Assembly (NCBI GenBank): GCA_043814095.1
Contig: JBDRKI010000031.1
Span: 1-40,660, forward strand
Direction of reading: 5' to 3'
Source: Armatimonadota bacterium
GTDB lineage: Bacteria > Vulcanimicrobiota > JACPDS01 > JBDRKI01
DNA length: 40,660 nt
Part shown: piece after piece, positions 18,118 to 27,975 of the stretch
Layout: each line of letters starts with the position of its first letter
How positions within the stretch are numbered: the stretch's first letter is position 1
Notes under the pieces: model-generated
Seen by the model: the letters and a program-made list of their open reading frames with translations, nothing else
Database searches by the model: none
What the model was told of the DNA's origin: nothing
Program-made: the position numbers and the translations under genes

Positions 18118-19092
18118 TTAAGAAAGACCTGTTAGATTCCTTACCTTCTCCATGGTCTCATCCGCGATTTCCCCGCACCTCTTAGCGCCTTTATCCAGTA
18201 TATCATATACCTTATCAGGGTCTTTTCTTAAGTTTTCTGCTGTTTCTCTCATTAGGTCTGTTTCCTTCTCAATATTTTCAAACAGTATTTTCTTGCAGTC
18301 TATGCATCCTATCCCTGCGCGCCTGCACTCTTTTGCGGTATATTCAAGCTGCTCACCAGTTGAAAACCCTTTATGTATGGTATATATATTACAGTCATCC
18401 GGATCCCCGGGATCTGTCTTTCTTATTCTTCTCTCATCGGTAAGAGCTGTTTTTAACTTATTCCAGATAACTTCCTTATCTTCCAGAATCCCTATGGTGT
18501 TCCCGAGAGATTTACTCATCTTTTTCTTTCCGTCCACACCCATAATTCTGGCAGTGGGGGTAAGAATTTCTTTAGGCTCGGGGAAAAACCCGCCGTACCT
18601 TGTCGCGAAACGCCGGGTTATCTCCCTTGTAAGCTCTATATGCTGGACCTGGTCCTCGCCCACCGGCACAAGTTCGGCCATATAAAGGAGTATATCCGCG
18701 GCCTGAAGCACCGGATAATCTAAAAGCCCCACATTTATATTCTGCCTGAATTCTTTAGCTTTTTCCTTAAACTGGGTCATCCTCTCAAGCTCGCCTATCG
18801 GTGTTACACAGTTCAAAATCCACGCAAGCTCCGTATGGGCTTTAACATGAGACTGGACAAATAAAGTGCATTTATCGGGGTCAAGCCCGCACGCGATATT
18901 AACAACAGCCGCGTCAAATATCCTTTTCTGGAAATCTTTCGGATCATAAGGCGCTGTCATCGCGTGATAATCCACTATACAGAATATACAGTCATATTTA
19001 GAAAGAAGGCTTACCCAGTTCTTTATGGCTCCCAGATAATTTCCTATATGTATCTCCCCTGAGGGCTGGATCCCTGAAAATACCCTTTTCAT
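18118..19092 (-). CDS. trpS: Tryptophan--tRNA ligase
   Basis: SGIQPSG, HIGN, VPVGEDQ, KMSKS. Confidence 0.98.
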   Translation of the reverse strand: MKRVFSGIQPSGEIHIGNYLGAIKNWVSLLSKYDCIFCIVDYHAMTAPYDPKDFQKRIFDAAVVNIACGLDPDKCTLFVQSHVKAHTELAWILNCVTPIGELERMTQFKEKAKEFRQNINVGLLDYPVLQAADILLYMAELVPVGEDQVQHIELTREITRRFATRYGGFFPEPKEILTPTARIMGVDGKKKMSKSLGNTIGILEDKEVIWNKLKTALTDERRIRKTDPGDPDDCNIYTIHKGFSTGEQLEYTAKECRRAGIGCIDCKKILFENIEKETDLMRETAENLRKDPDKVYDILDKGAKRCGEIADETMEKVRNLTGLS

Positions 19093-19197
19093 AATATCCT
19101 CCGGTAATCGGTCGCATTTAATTATAATTAATTTCTAATTCGTAGTGTATCTGTACTATTCCTTTTATACTTCTATAATATAATATGCTGTATCGGT

Positions 19198-19226
19198 TTG
19201 ACAATTAGTCTGATAATATATAAAAT
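19198..19226 (+). promoter_or_regulatory. sigma70 promoter of the NuoE/F-like operon
   Basis: TTGACA-17 bp-TAAAAT. Confidence 0.75.
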
Positions 19227-19363
19227 TACTCTTGCCTCCGTTTTTTTTTATAAATTATATAAAATCACAAGAAATAACTGTAAAAAATATAAAAAAAGAG
19301 GATTATTAAAATAATATATAGAATATCTGGCGCGGTAACCTGCCAGCAAAAAAGGAGGATTTT

Positions 19364-19831
19364 ATGGATACTGCAGTACTGGACAAAATAATAGAAAAAA
19401 GAGGAAAAACAAGGTCCGCCACAATACCCATCCTTCAGGATATTCAAGAACATTTCAGATACCTTCCCGAAGAAGCTCTTGAATATGTAACAAAAAACAC
19501 CGATATTAAAGAAACTCAGATTTACGGTGTTGCGACTTTCTATTCGCAGTTTAAGCTTAACCCCGCGGGGGAAAATATCATAAAAGTCTGTCACGGCACA
19601 GCATGCCACGTGGTGGGAGCCGAAAAAATAACGGAAGGATTAAAAGAATATTTAAAAATCAATCTCGGGCAGACAACCCTTGACCGTTTATTCACACTGG
19701 AGGCCGTAGCTTGCTTAGGTTGCTGTTCTTTAGCCCCTGTTATGATGATAAACGATAAAATTTACGGGCATCTCACGCCCAAAAAAGCTATAGAAATAAT
19801 AAAGAAATATGAAAAAAACCGGGATAACTGA
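19364..19831 (+). CDS. nuoE: NuoE/HydC-like [2Fe-2S] subunit
   Basis: GVATFY, VCHGTACH, ACLGCCSLAPV; AGGAGG SD. Confidence 0.92.
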   Translation: MDTAVLDKIIEKRGKTRSATIPILQDIQEHFRYLPEEALEYVTKNTDIKETQIYGVATFYSQFKLNPAGENIIKVCHGTACHVVGAEKITEGLKEYLKINLGQTTLDRLFTLEAVACLGCCSLAPVMMINDKIYGHLTPKKAIEIIKKYEKNRDN

Positions 19832-19865
19832 GCCGGTTTTTTTAGTTTTTATTACGGAGGTTTAA

Positions 19866-21644
19866 ATGATAAAAGAAATAAGAATAGGATACGGTTCCTG
19901 CGGGATCGCGGCCGGAGCAGATGAAGTTTACAAATTTTTTGAAGAGAAGATAAAAGAAAATAAACTTAATACAGCGCTTACAAAAACAGGATGCATAGGC
20001 TTATGCTACTGTGAAGTCATAATGGATTTAATAACGGATGATTATAAAACCTATACCTATCAGAATATTAATCTTGACCGGGCTGATAAAGTATTTAAAA
20101 GCCACGTAATGGAAGGCGCCCCTGTCGCGGAACTGCTTATGGACTGCACACAAAAAATTCCCGATAACAACGAAAGCCGGTTCATGGCAAAGCAAAAAAG
20201 AATTGTCCTTAGAAACTGCGGAAAAATTGATCCCGAATCAATAGAAAACTATATAGAAGTAGGCGGTTATAAAGCCATAGAAAAAGTTCTTAACCAGTTT
20301 ACCCCCGAGAAAGTCATAGACAAAGTAACAAGGAGCGGGCTGCGTGGACGCGGAGGGGGCGGCTTCCCTACCGGGAAAAAATGGTCTTTCGCGCAAACTG
20401 TTAAGAGCGATAAAAAATACGTCATATGCAACGCGGACGAAGGAGATCCCGGCGCTTTTATGGACAGGTCGGTTCTTGAGAGCGACCCACACAGCGTTAT
20501 TGAGGGGATGATGATAGCCGCATTCGCCATAGGCTCTGATGAAGGCTATATCTACGCAAGAGCCGAATACCCGCTTGCCGTAGAGCGCCTTAAAATAGCT
20601 ATAGCCCAGGCAAAAGAAAAAGGATTCCTCGGTAAAAATATACTCGGAACAGATTTTTCATTTGAGATAAAACTTAAAGAAGGAGCTGGCGCTTTTGTGT
20701 GCGGTGAAGAAACCGCGCTTATAGGTTCTGTTGAAGGAAAACGCGGCATGCCTAATATAAGACCTCCTTTCCCCGCGGTATCAGGCCTTAACGGCAAACC
20801 CACCATTATAAATAACGTGGAAACCCTCGCGAACCTGCCGTGGATAATAACAAACGGGGCAGAAAGCTTCGCGAAAATGGGAACTGTTAACTCCAAAGGC
20901 ACGAAAATATTCGCCCTTGCCGGCAAAATTAAAAGAGGGGGGCTTGCTGAAGTTCCTATGGGAATAACAATAAACGAAATCGTATACAGCATCGCCGGCG
21001 GATCATCAACCGAAAAAAAAGTAAAAGCGGTACAGATAGGCGGACCTTCGGGAGGATGCCTGCCTTCCACAATGTTTGACACAAAAATAGACTATGAAGA
21101 AGTAACAAAAACCGGTGCGATAATGGGTTCAGGGGGGCTCGTTGTCATGGATGAAGAAAGCTGTATGGTAGACATAGCAAAATTCTTCCTTAACTTCACG
21201 CAGAACGAGTCCTGCGGGAAATGCACTTTCTGCAGGGTGGGCACAAAAAGGATGCTTGAGACACTCACAAAGATAACCGAAGGTAAAGGCACAATGCAGG
21301 ATCTTGAGCTCATGGAAGACCTCGCCGGAAAAATAAGCAGAACTTCACTCTGCGGGCTCGGCAAGACCGCACCGAATCCCGTAATATCAACTTTGAAATA
21401 CTTCAGGGACGAATATATGGCTCATATATTAAATAAAAAATGCCCCGCGAGACACTGTAAAGCTCTTTTAACCTTCACTGTAGACGCTTCAAGCTGCAAG
21501 GGATGCACCGCGTGCTTAAGAGCGTGCCCCAACGGCGCGATCACGGGCGAGCTTAAACACCCGCATAAAATAAATCAGGAAAACTGCATAAAATGCGGCA
21601 TCTGCTTTGATGTATGTAAATTTGACGCGGTAATCAAGAATTAG
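19866..21644 (+). CDS. nuoF: NuoF/HydB-like FMN/NADH-binding subunit with N-terminal [2Fe-2S] and C-terminal 2x[4Fe-4S]
   Basis: GLRGRGGGGFPTG, NADEGDPG, CGEETAL, ESCGKCTFCR, two CxxCxxCxxxC motifs. Confidence 0.94.
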   Translation: MIKEIRIGYGSCGIAAGADEVYKFFEEKIKENKLNTALTKTGCIGLCYCEVIMDLITDDYKTYTYQNINLDRADKVFKSHVMEGAPVAELLMDCTQKIPDNNESRFMAKQKRIVLRNCGKIDPESIENYIEVGGYKAIEKVLNQFTPEKVIDKVTRSGLRGRGGGGFPTGKKWSFAQTVKSDKKYVICNADEGDPGAFMDRSVLESDPHSVIEGMMIAAFAIGSDEGYIYARAEYPLAVERLKIAIAQAKEKGFLGKNILGTDFSFEIKLKEGAGAFVCGEETALIGSVEGKRGMPNIRPPFPAVSGLNGKPTIINNVETLANLPWIITNGAESFAKMGTVNSKGTKIFALAGKIKRGGLAEVPMGITINEIVYSIAGGSSTEKKVKAVQIGGPSGGCLPSTMFDTKIDYEEVTKTGAIMGSGGLVVMDEESCMVDIAKFFLNFTQNESCGKCTFCRVGTKRMLETLTKITEGKGTMQDLELMEDLAGKISRTSLCGLGKTAPNPVISTLKYFRDEYMAHILNKKCPARHCKALLTFTVDASSCKGCTACLRACPNGAITGELKHPHKINQENCIKCGICFDVCKFDAVIKN

Positions 21645-21654
21645 AGGTGAAATT

Positions 21655-23769
21655 ATGAGTATGATAAATTTAAAAATCAACGGAAAAAACATAACCTGTG
21701 AAGCCGGAAAAACAATATATGAAGCCGCGAAAGAAAACGGCATAGATATACCTACCTTATGCCACAATGACCAGCTCAAGCCCTTTACTTCCTGCTTTAT
21801 ATGCATTGTGGAATTAAAAGGGCATCCGCTCCCCGTACCGTCATGCAGCACAAAAGCGGCCGAAGGCATGGACATAACAACAGAAAGCCACTATATAAAA
21901 GAAGCGAGAAAAACATGCCTGGAACTTCTTTTAAGCGACCACTGCGGAGACTGCTTCTCGCCTTGCACGATAGAATGCCCAGCAAACTGCGATGTCCAGA
22001 GTTACGTGCAGCACATATACCGCGGTGAATACGAAGAAGCCGTAAAAGTTATAAAAGATACAATACCAATACCCGCCTCAATCGGCAGAGTATGTCCGGC
22101 ATTATGCGAGGCGGTATGCAGGAGAAATCCGAAAGGCGGTCCTGTCGGCATATGCTCTTTAAAAAGATTCGCGGCGGATAAGGATCTTGAGATTAAAACC
22201 CCTTATGTGCCTTCCACGGCTCCCTCAACAGGCAAAAAAGTAGCGGTTATAGGCGCGGGGCCGGCAGGTCTCTCCGGCGCGTACCAGCTGAAAATAATGG
22301 GACATGAAGTTGATATATTTGAAGCCCAGCCCAAAGGCGGCGGGATGCTAAGATACGGTATACCCCAGTACCGGCTCCCCAAAGAAACACTTGATTCGGA
22401 AATAGGACTCATAGAAAAAATGGGCGTTAAAATACATTACAACAATAAACTGGGCAAGGACATAAAATTTGAAGACCTCCAGAAAAAATATGACGCGGTC
22501 CTCTTGGCGATAGGCGCGTGGTCTGCTTCAAAAATGAGAGCGCCGGGAGAAGACGCGCAGGGCGTATACCCCGGAATTAACTTCCTTTACAGGGTAGCAA
22601 ATAACGAAAAAATAAATGTGGGCAAGGAAGTAATCGTAGTCGGAGGAGGAAACACCGCGATAGACGCGGCCAGAACCGCGCTACGCATGGGCAATCCCAA
22701 AGTTACCATAGTATACAGAAGAACAAGAGCTGAGATGCCAGCCCTTGAATTTGAGATTGAAGAAGCCGAGCATGAAAATATAGAATTTAAATTCCTGGCA
22801 GCTCCTATAAAAGTTGAAAAAAATAAAGACGAGAAACTTTTGCTGCACTGCGTAAAAATGAAGCTGGGTGAGCCTGACGCGACAGGCAGAAGAAAACCCA
22901 TAGAGATGCCCGGCTCGGAATTTGCCCTGGAAGCTGATACCATAATATCCGCAATCGGACAGAAAGTTGACTCGACAGAACTTAAAAATATGTCGATAGC
23001 ATTAACTAAATGGGATACAGTGCTGGTAAATCCCGATACCCTCCATACAAACATAAAGAATGTCTTCTCAGCCGGAGACTGTGTAAGCGGTCCCGACCTT
23101 GCAGTAAGAGCGATAGGCGGCGGTAAGCTTGCGGCAAAATCCATAGACCAGTTCTTAAAAGGCGAGGAAATAACGGGAATCCATCATGACTATAACGTCT
23201 CGCGCGGTAAAATAGAAGATGTTGACGAAGAATTCTATATAAACGCGAAAGATATCAAAAAACAGAAAAACAGCGAGATCCCCGTAGAAAAACGCACAAA
23301 AACCTTTGAAGAAGTTGTCGCTACTTTCTCCGACGAAGCTGCTTTACAGGAAACCCAAAGGTGCCTTGAATGCGGATGCGATAAAACACATGACTGCAGA
23401 CTGCGCCAGCTCGCGGAAACTTACGAAGTTGACCCGAAAAAATTTATAGGAGCACGCAAACCCAGTTTGGTTGACGAATCACACCCGAAGATTAAAATAG
23501 AATACTCAAAATGCATACTCTGCGGGTTATGCGTAAGATACTGTTCCGAGATTAAAAACATTCACGCGCTGGGATTCGCTTACCGCGGTTTCAAAACAAT
23601 GGTTACCCCTCCTTTCGGCAAGCCCCTGGCCGAAACAAAATGCGATGACTGTATGGAATGCGTAAAAATATGCCCCACGGGAGCGTTAACCGAAAAGCTT
23701 ATGATAAAACAGGAAAGCGAAACAACACCCGCGGCAAGATCAGAATGCAGGGCAACAGTTGCAAAATAA
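21655..23769 (+). CDS. Fe-S flavoprotein: NuoG-like [2Fe-2S] + GltD/NfnB-like FAD/NADPH module + 2x[4Fe-4S]
   Basis: IPTLC..CFICIV..PSC; GRVCP; IGAGPAG; GGMLRYGIP; GGGNTAID; YRR; RCLECGC; KCILCGLCVRYC; CDDCMECVKICPTG. Confidence 0.9.
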   Translation: MSMINLKINGKNITCEAGKTIYEAAKENGIDIPTLCHNDQLKPFTSCFICIVELKGHPLPVPSCSTKAAEGMDITTESHYIKEARKTCLELLLSDHCGDCFSPCTIECPANCDVQSYVQHIYRGEYEEAVKVIKDTIPIPASIGRVCPALCEAVCRRNPKGGPVGICSLKRFAADKDLEIKTPYVPSTAPSTGKKVAVIGAGPAGLSGAYQLKIMGHEVDIFEAQPKGGGMLRYGIPQYRLPKETLDSEIGLIEKMGVKIHYNNKLGKDIKFEDLQKKYDAVLLAIGAWSASKMRAPGEDAQGVYPGINFLYRVANNEKINVGKEVIVVGGGNTAIDAARTALRMGNPKVTIVYRRTRAEMPALEFEIEEAEHENIEFKFLAAPIKVEKNKDEKLLLHCVKMKLGEPDATGRRKPIEMPGSEFALEADTIISAIGQKVDSTELKNMSIALTKWDTVLVNPDTLHTNIKNVFSAGDCVSGPDLAVRAIGGGKLAAKSIDQFLKGEEITGIHHDYNVSRGKIEDVDEEFYINAKDIKKQKNSEIPVEKRTKTFEEVVATFSDEAALQETQRCLECGCDKTHDCRLRQLAETYEVDPKKFIGARKPSLVDESHPKIKIEYSKCILCGLCVRYCSEIKNIHALGFAYRGFKTMVTPPFGKPLAETKCDDCMECVKICPTGALTEKLMIKQESETTPAARSECRATVAK

Positions 23770-23801
23770 TCCTTAAACTTAAAATGGCATTATATTTGTA
23801 T

Positions 23802-23834
23802 TAATAAGCCGCTCTCAAAAAGAGCGGCTTATTA
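23802..23834 (+). terminator. Terminator hairpin after the oxidoreductase operon
   Basis: TAATAAGCCGCTCT-caaaa-AGAGCGGCTTATTA. Confidence 0.75.
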
Positions 23835-23990
23835 CATTAGATTGTGAAAAAAAGAATTTCCATATTTTAAAGGATTTTTTAACGATCAAATGTAAATACT
23901 TACAATAACAAATCAATAGGCAATATATTTATTATTTATAATGATTATATATATCCCATCCTAATTATTAATAACGAAAGGGGTATAATT

Positions 23991-25103
23991 ATGAGCTGGA
24001 AATCATCTGAAGGTTCAACTCAACGGCTTATTCAATTATGCGCGGGATACTGGTTTTTCTATGTAATAACCGGCATAACCGTAAAATACTTCCTGGGAAA
24101 ACCCGACCTCGGTCTTCCGGGAATGAACGGGATCCAGTATCTTGTTTACAGCACTCTCGGGTCAACAAGCATAGCTCTCCTTATAATATTCGCGCTGCGC
24201 TGGTTCAAGCTTGAGACAAATAAGCGCATAACGGTAGGTCCCTTTACCTTCCCGTACGAATTTCTCTATATTATTCCTTCCGGCATATGCACAGCCGTCG
24301 TGATCCCCACAACAACACTTATGTACACCCTGCCCATTTCCGTCATGGTAGCCATGATTATCATGCGGGCAAGCATTATAATCATAAGCAGGCTTATTGA
24401 CGCGGTGCAGATATTTCAGAAAATACTGCATAAAAAAGTTTACTGGCAGGAAGATGTGGCCGTACTTTTCGCCCTCATTGCCGCCGGCATAAACATATTC
24501 GGGGTAAGAAGCAACGGATTTGAGTTTGTGAAAAATAAAGCCGCGGTTATTATCCTGATAAGTTACCTGCTGGCATACGCGATAAGACTTTACATAATGA
24601 ATTATTTTAAAAATACCCGCGCGCCGGGCGTAAAACAGGATAATAAAGGATTTTTCGCTGTTGAGCAGATAGCCGCCTCATCAACGCTTGTTGTGCTCAG
24701 CATAGTAATATTTAATTCGCCCAAATGGCTCGGATGGACAGCTGACCAGGTCATACTTTTCAGAGACGCAATAATAAATCCGGCGCCCTTATGGGTCTGG
24801 GCGGTTGTTGCCGGAACTGCTTTCGGGATAGTCGCGTTTTTCTCGGTATTCCTCTTTCTTTTTAAGGGAAGGACCGCAACTTTTGCCGGGCTTGTAAACA
24901 GGCTTACATCTCTTGTCGCCGGAACAACCGCGACCCTCATATGCGCGATATGCTTTAAAATGAGATTTCCCAACGCGAAGGACTGGATGAGCCTGTTTTT
25001 TATACTGGTAGCAGTAGCATTCCTGTCATTCGCGGAGAAAAAACGTGTTGCCGAGCTTTTAGCCGCGCATGAGATAGAAAATTCGGGCGCTTCATCCAAA
25101 TAG
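23991..25103 (+). CDS. Polytopic membrane protein (about 10 TM), possibly DMT-like
   Basis: 370-codon ORF with about ten hydrophobic segments. Confidence 0.7.
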   Translation: MSWKSSEGSTQRLIQLCAGYWFFYVITGITVKYFLGKPDLGLPGMNGIQYLVYSTLGSTSIALLIIFALRWFKLETNKRITVGPFTFPYEFLYIIPSGICTAVVIPTTTLMYTLPISVMVAMIIMRASIIIISRLIDAVQIFQKILHKKVYWQEDVAVLFALIAAGINIFGVRSNGFEFVKNKAAVIILISYLLAYAIRLYIMNYFKNTRAPGVKQDNKGFFAVEQIAASSTLVVLSIVIFNSPKWLGWTADQVILFRDAIINPAPLWVWAVVAGTAFGIVAFFSVFLFLFKGRTATFAGLVNRLTSLVAGTTATLICAICFKMRFPNAKDWMSLFFILVAVAFLSFAEKKRVAELLAAHEIENSGASSK

Positions 25104-25125
25104 AAATAAAAAAGGAGTTGTTTTT

Positions 25126-26019
25126 ATGAATTTCAAAACAAAAGCCTTTCTTCTCCTTATAATATCCTTGCTTTTAACAGGACTGGTTTTTTCCATGCCT
25201 GTAACCACCGCACAGAACGCCGTTTTAATCAAAAGCTCAACAATAATGCAGGATTTATGCTGCAGGTGGGCTGACGTGTTCATGCTGGAAAACCCGGGCA
25301 CTTCAATAACCGTTGAGGGCGTAGGATCGGCCAGAAGCATAAGGGGCCTGCTTGACGGCAAATGCGATATGGCCGCGTCCTCAAGAAAAATAAGCGCGCA
25401 GGAGCTTGTTGAATCAATCCAGAAAGGCATTGGACTTAAAGAATTTTACTGCGGCTTTGCGATGTACGCCGTGGTTGTAAATCCGGAAAACCCGGTCAGT
25501 AAGCTTACAACGAAACAGGTTCACGATATTTTTACCGGCAAGATAAAAAACTGGAAAGAGGTGGGCGGCGCTGATGCTCCGATTGACGTAATATTCCGCC
25601 AGATAAACCCCGGTGATTATGATCATTTCGTGGAAGGGATAATAAAGCTGGGGAAAGAGAAACTTAACGGTTACAATGAAGCCCAGAAAATAGTTCTCCC
25701 CATGCCTGCCGATATAGCAGGCATGGTATCGACCAATAAAAATGCCATATCATATCTTTTCTCAACAGATATAACCAAGGATGTAAAGACCCTCGCCATA
25801 AAAGCAAAATATGATTACATAAAACCATCTGTAGAAGACGCATCAGTGGGAAGATACCCCTACTTAAGGCCTCTGTATTTCTATGTAAATTCTAAAGATT
25901 ATATAAAAGTAAAAAAATTCATAGATTTTGTCTTAAGCGACACGGGAGCCCAGATCGCTAAAAAGATGAATTTTGTGCCGTTCCGTCCTGATTATAATAT
26001 AATTGAATTGATTTTATAA
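25126..26019 (+). CDS. PstS-family periplasmic binding protein
   Basis: Signal peptide; GVGSARSI, DMAASSR, VVVNPENPV..L, IFTGKIKNWKEVGG, YPYLRPLYFY. Confidence 0.88.
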   Translation: MNFKTKAFLLLIISLLLTGLVFSMPVTTAQNAVLIKSSTIMQDLCCRWADVFMLENPGTSITVEGVGSARSIRGLLDGKCDMAASSRKISAQELVESIQKGIGLKEFYCGFAMYAVVVNPENPVSKLTTKQVHDIFTGKIKNWKEVGGADAPIDVIFRQINPGDYDHFVEGIIKLGKEKLNGYNEAQKIVLPMPADIAGMVSTNKNAISYLFSTDITKDVKTLAIKAKYDYIKPSVEDASVGRYPYLRPLYFYVNSKDYIKVKKFIDFVLSDTGAQIAKKMNFVPFRPDYNIIELIL

Positions 26020-26027
26020 AACACAGT

Positions 26028-27833
26028 CTATTGCTGTAATTTCTTCGCCCCTATGGCTGATAGGAAGGCTTCCTGAGGGATATCTATATTCCCAATGGAC
26101 TTCATTCTCTTTTTGCCTTTTTTCTGCTTTTCAAGAAGTTTTCTTTTTCTGGTTATATCACCGCCGTAGCATTTATCTAAAACGCTTTTCCTGTATGCTT
26201 TTACGGTTTCCCTTGATATTATTCTCCCCGAGACCTGGGCCTGAATAGCCACTTCATACTGCTGACGCGGTATAACCTTTCTTAATCTCTCAACCGTGGC
26301 TTTAGCTATATAGTGGGCTTTTTCTTTATGCACAATTGAGCTTAAGGCATCAACAGGTTTGCCCGCTATAAGTATCTCTAGCTTTAAAAGATCGGCTTTT
26401 TTGTAACCGCATACTTCATAATCCAGCGAGGCGTACCCTTGTGTCTGGGATTTTAAAAGATCAAAGAAATCAACGATAATCTCGCTCAAGGGAAGTATCT
26501 GGTGTATCACAACCCTGTTATCGGTAAGATGCTCTATATTCTGCAGTTCTCCCCTTTTGGATTTGCATAATTCCATAACATGGCCCATATATTTAGCGGG
26601 AGTAAATACCGTCGCTTTAACAACCGGCTCTTCCACATCATCTATATCGCCTGTCGGGGGAAATTTTGCCGGATTATCAATCTCTAAAAACTCACCGTCT
26701 TTTGTCATAACATGGTATATAACATTAGGGGCGGTCGCTATTAGCTCAAAACCGAATTCCCTTTCAAGCCTTTCCTGGATTATCTCCATATGGAGAAGCC
26801 CTAAGAACCCGCACCTGAAGCCGAACCCCAGCGCGCCTGATGTCTCCGGCTCAAAATAAAGCGATGCGTCATTTAGTTTAAGCTTGCCTAATGATTCTCT
26901 TAAAAGGGTGTAGTTTCTGTTGTCAGTGGGATAAAGCCCGCAGAATACCATCGGCTTTATCTCTTTGTAGCCGGGCAGCGGCTCTTTAGCCGGATTTTTT
27001 GCAAGAGTTATGGTATCTCCCACTTTTGTGTCTTCAATATTTTTTATCTGCGCGGTTAAATACCCTACATCTCCCGCGGACAATTCCTTAACAGATGTCA
27101 TATCAGGGCTAAAAATCCCGAGCTCGTTAATCTGGAATGTTTTCCCGCTGAAAAAAAATTTTACATTATCGCCAAATTTTATATGCCCGTCCACTATCCT
27201 GAAGATAGCTACAACCCCTCTGTATGTGTCATACTGGGAATCAAATATCAACGCTCTTAAAGGTTTGTCTTTGCTTCCCTGAGGGGGAGGAATTCTCTTT
27301 ATAACCGCTTCCAGAACTTCATTAACGCCCAGTCCTTTTTTAGCGCTTATTAAAAGAGCTTCTTCCCTGGGTATCGCTAGAAGCTCTTCTATCTCCCCTA
27401 AAACCCGTTCGGGATTGGCATGGGGCAGATCTATCTTATTTAAGACGGGTATAATTTTAAGATCAAGCCCTTTTGCAAGATAAAAATTGGCAAGGGTTTG
27501 TGCTTCAATTCCCTGGGATGCGTCTATTATAAGAAGGACGCCTTCGCATGCGACAAGACTCCTTGAAACCTCATAAGTAAAGTCAACATGGCCCGGTGTA
27601 TCAATTAAATTAAGCACATACAGAACCCCGTCCTGCCCTTTGTAATTTATCCTTACGGGAGAGGATTTTATGGTGATGCCCCGTTCGCGCTCTAAGTCCA
27701 TCTTATCCAGTACCTGCTCCTTCATCTTGGACGGATCAATAGTGCCGGTCATCTCCAGTATCCTGTCTGCCAGGGTGGACTTGCCGTGGTCAATATGAGC
27801 TATTATACAGAAATTTCTAACTTTATCCAGCAT
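26028..27833 (-). CDS. lepA: Elongation factor 4
   Basis: [49 protein letters not shown]; start at 27833 by family N-terminus. Confidence 0.98.
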   Translation of the reverse strand: MLDKVRNFCIIAHIDHGKSTLADRILEMTGTIDPSKMKEQVLDKMDLERERGITIKSSPVRINYKGQDGVLYVLNLIDTPGHVDFTYEVSRSLVACEGVLLIIDASQGIEAQTLANFYLAKGLDLKIIPVLNKIDLPHANPERVLGEIEELLAIPREEALLISAKKGLGVNEVLEAVIKRIPPPQGSKDKPLRALIFDSQYDTYRGVVAIFRIVDGHIKFGDNVKFFFSGKTFQINELGIFSPDMTSVKELSAGDVGYLTAQIKNIEDTKVGDTITLAKNPAKEPLPGYKEIKPMVFCGLYPTDNRNYTLLRESLGKLKLNDASLYFEPETSGALGFGFRCGFLGLLHMEIIQERLEREFGFELIATAPNVIYHVMTKDGEFLEIDNPAKFPPTGDIDDVEEPVVKATVFTPAKYMGHVMELCKSKRGELQNIEHLTDNRVVIHQILPLSEIIVDFFDLLKSQTQGYASLDYEVCGYKKADLLKLEILIAGKPVDALSSIVHKEKAHYIAKATVERLRKVIPRQQYEVAIQAQVSGRIISRETVKAYRKSVLDKCYGGDITRKRKLLEKQKKGKKRMKSIGNIDIPQEAFLSAIGAKKLQQ

Positions 27834-27975
27834 AGGAACTATACTAACCCAATTGTATATTAAAATCAAGAAGGATTGAAAAACAAGGAATTTTACCCGA
27901 ATAACAGAAGTTACTGCTTTGAGAAGTATATAAAATGTTTGTATCTATGTAATTTAAATAATATAAGATAAAATT

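Noticed and set aside
19240-19275. Rex operator upstream of the oxidoreductase operon
   Set aside because: Only one half-site (TCACAA) matches, in very AT-rich sequence
19364-23769. [FeFe]-hydrogenase, formate dehydrogenase or respiratory complex I
   Set aside because: No H-cluster motifs, no molybdopterin domain and no membrane Nuo subunits; the operon ends at a terminator
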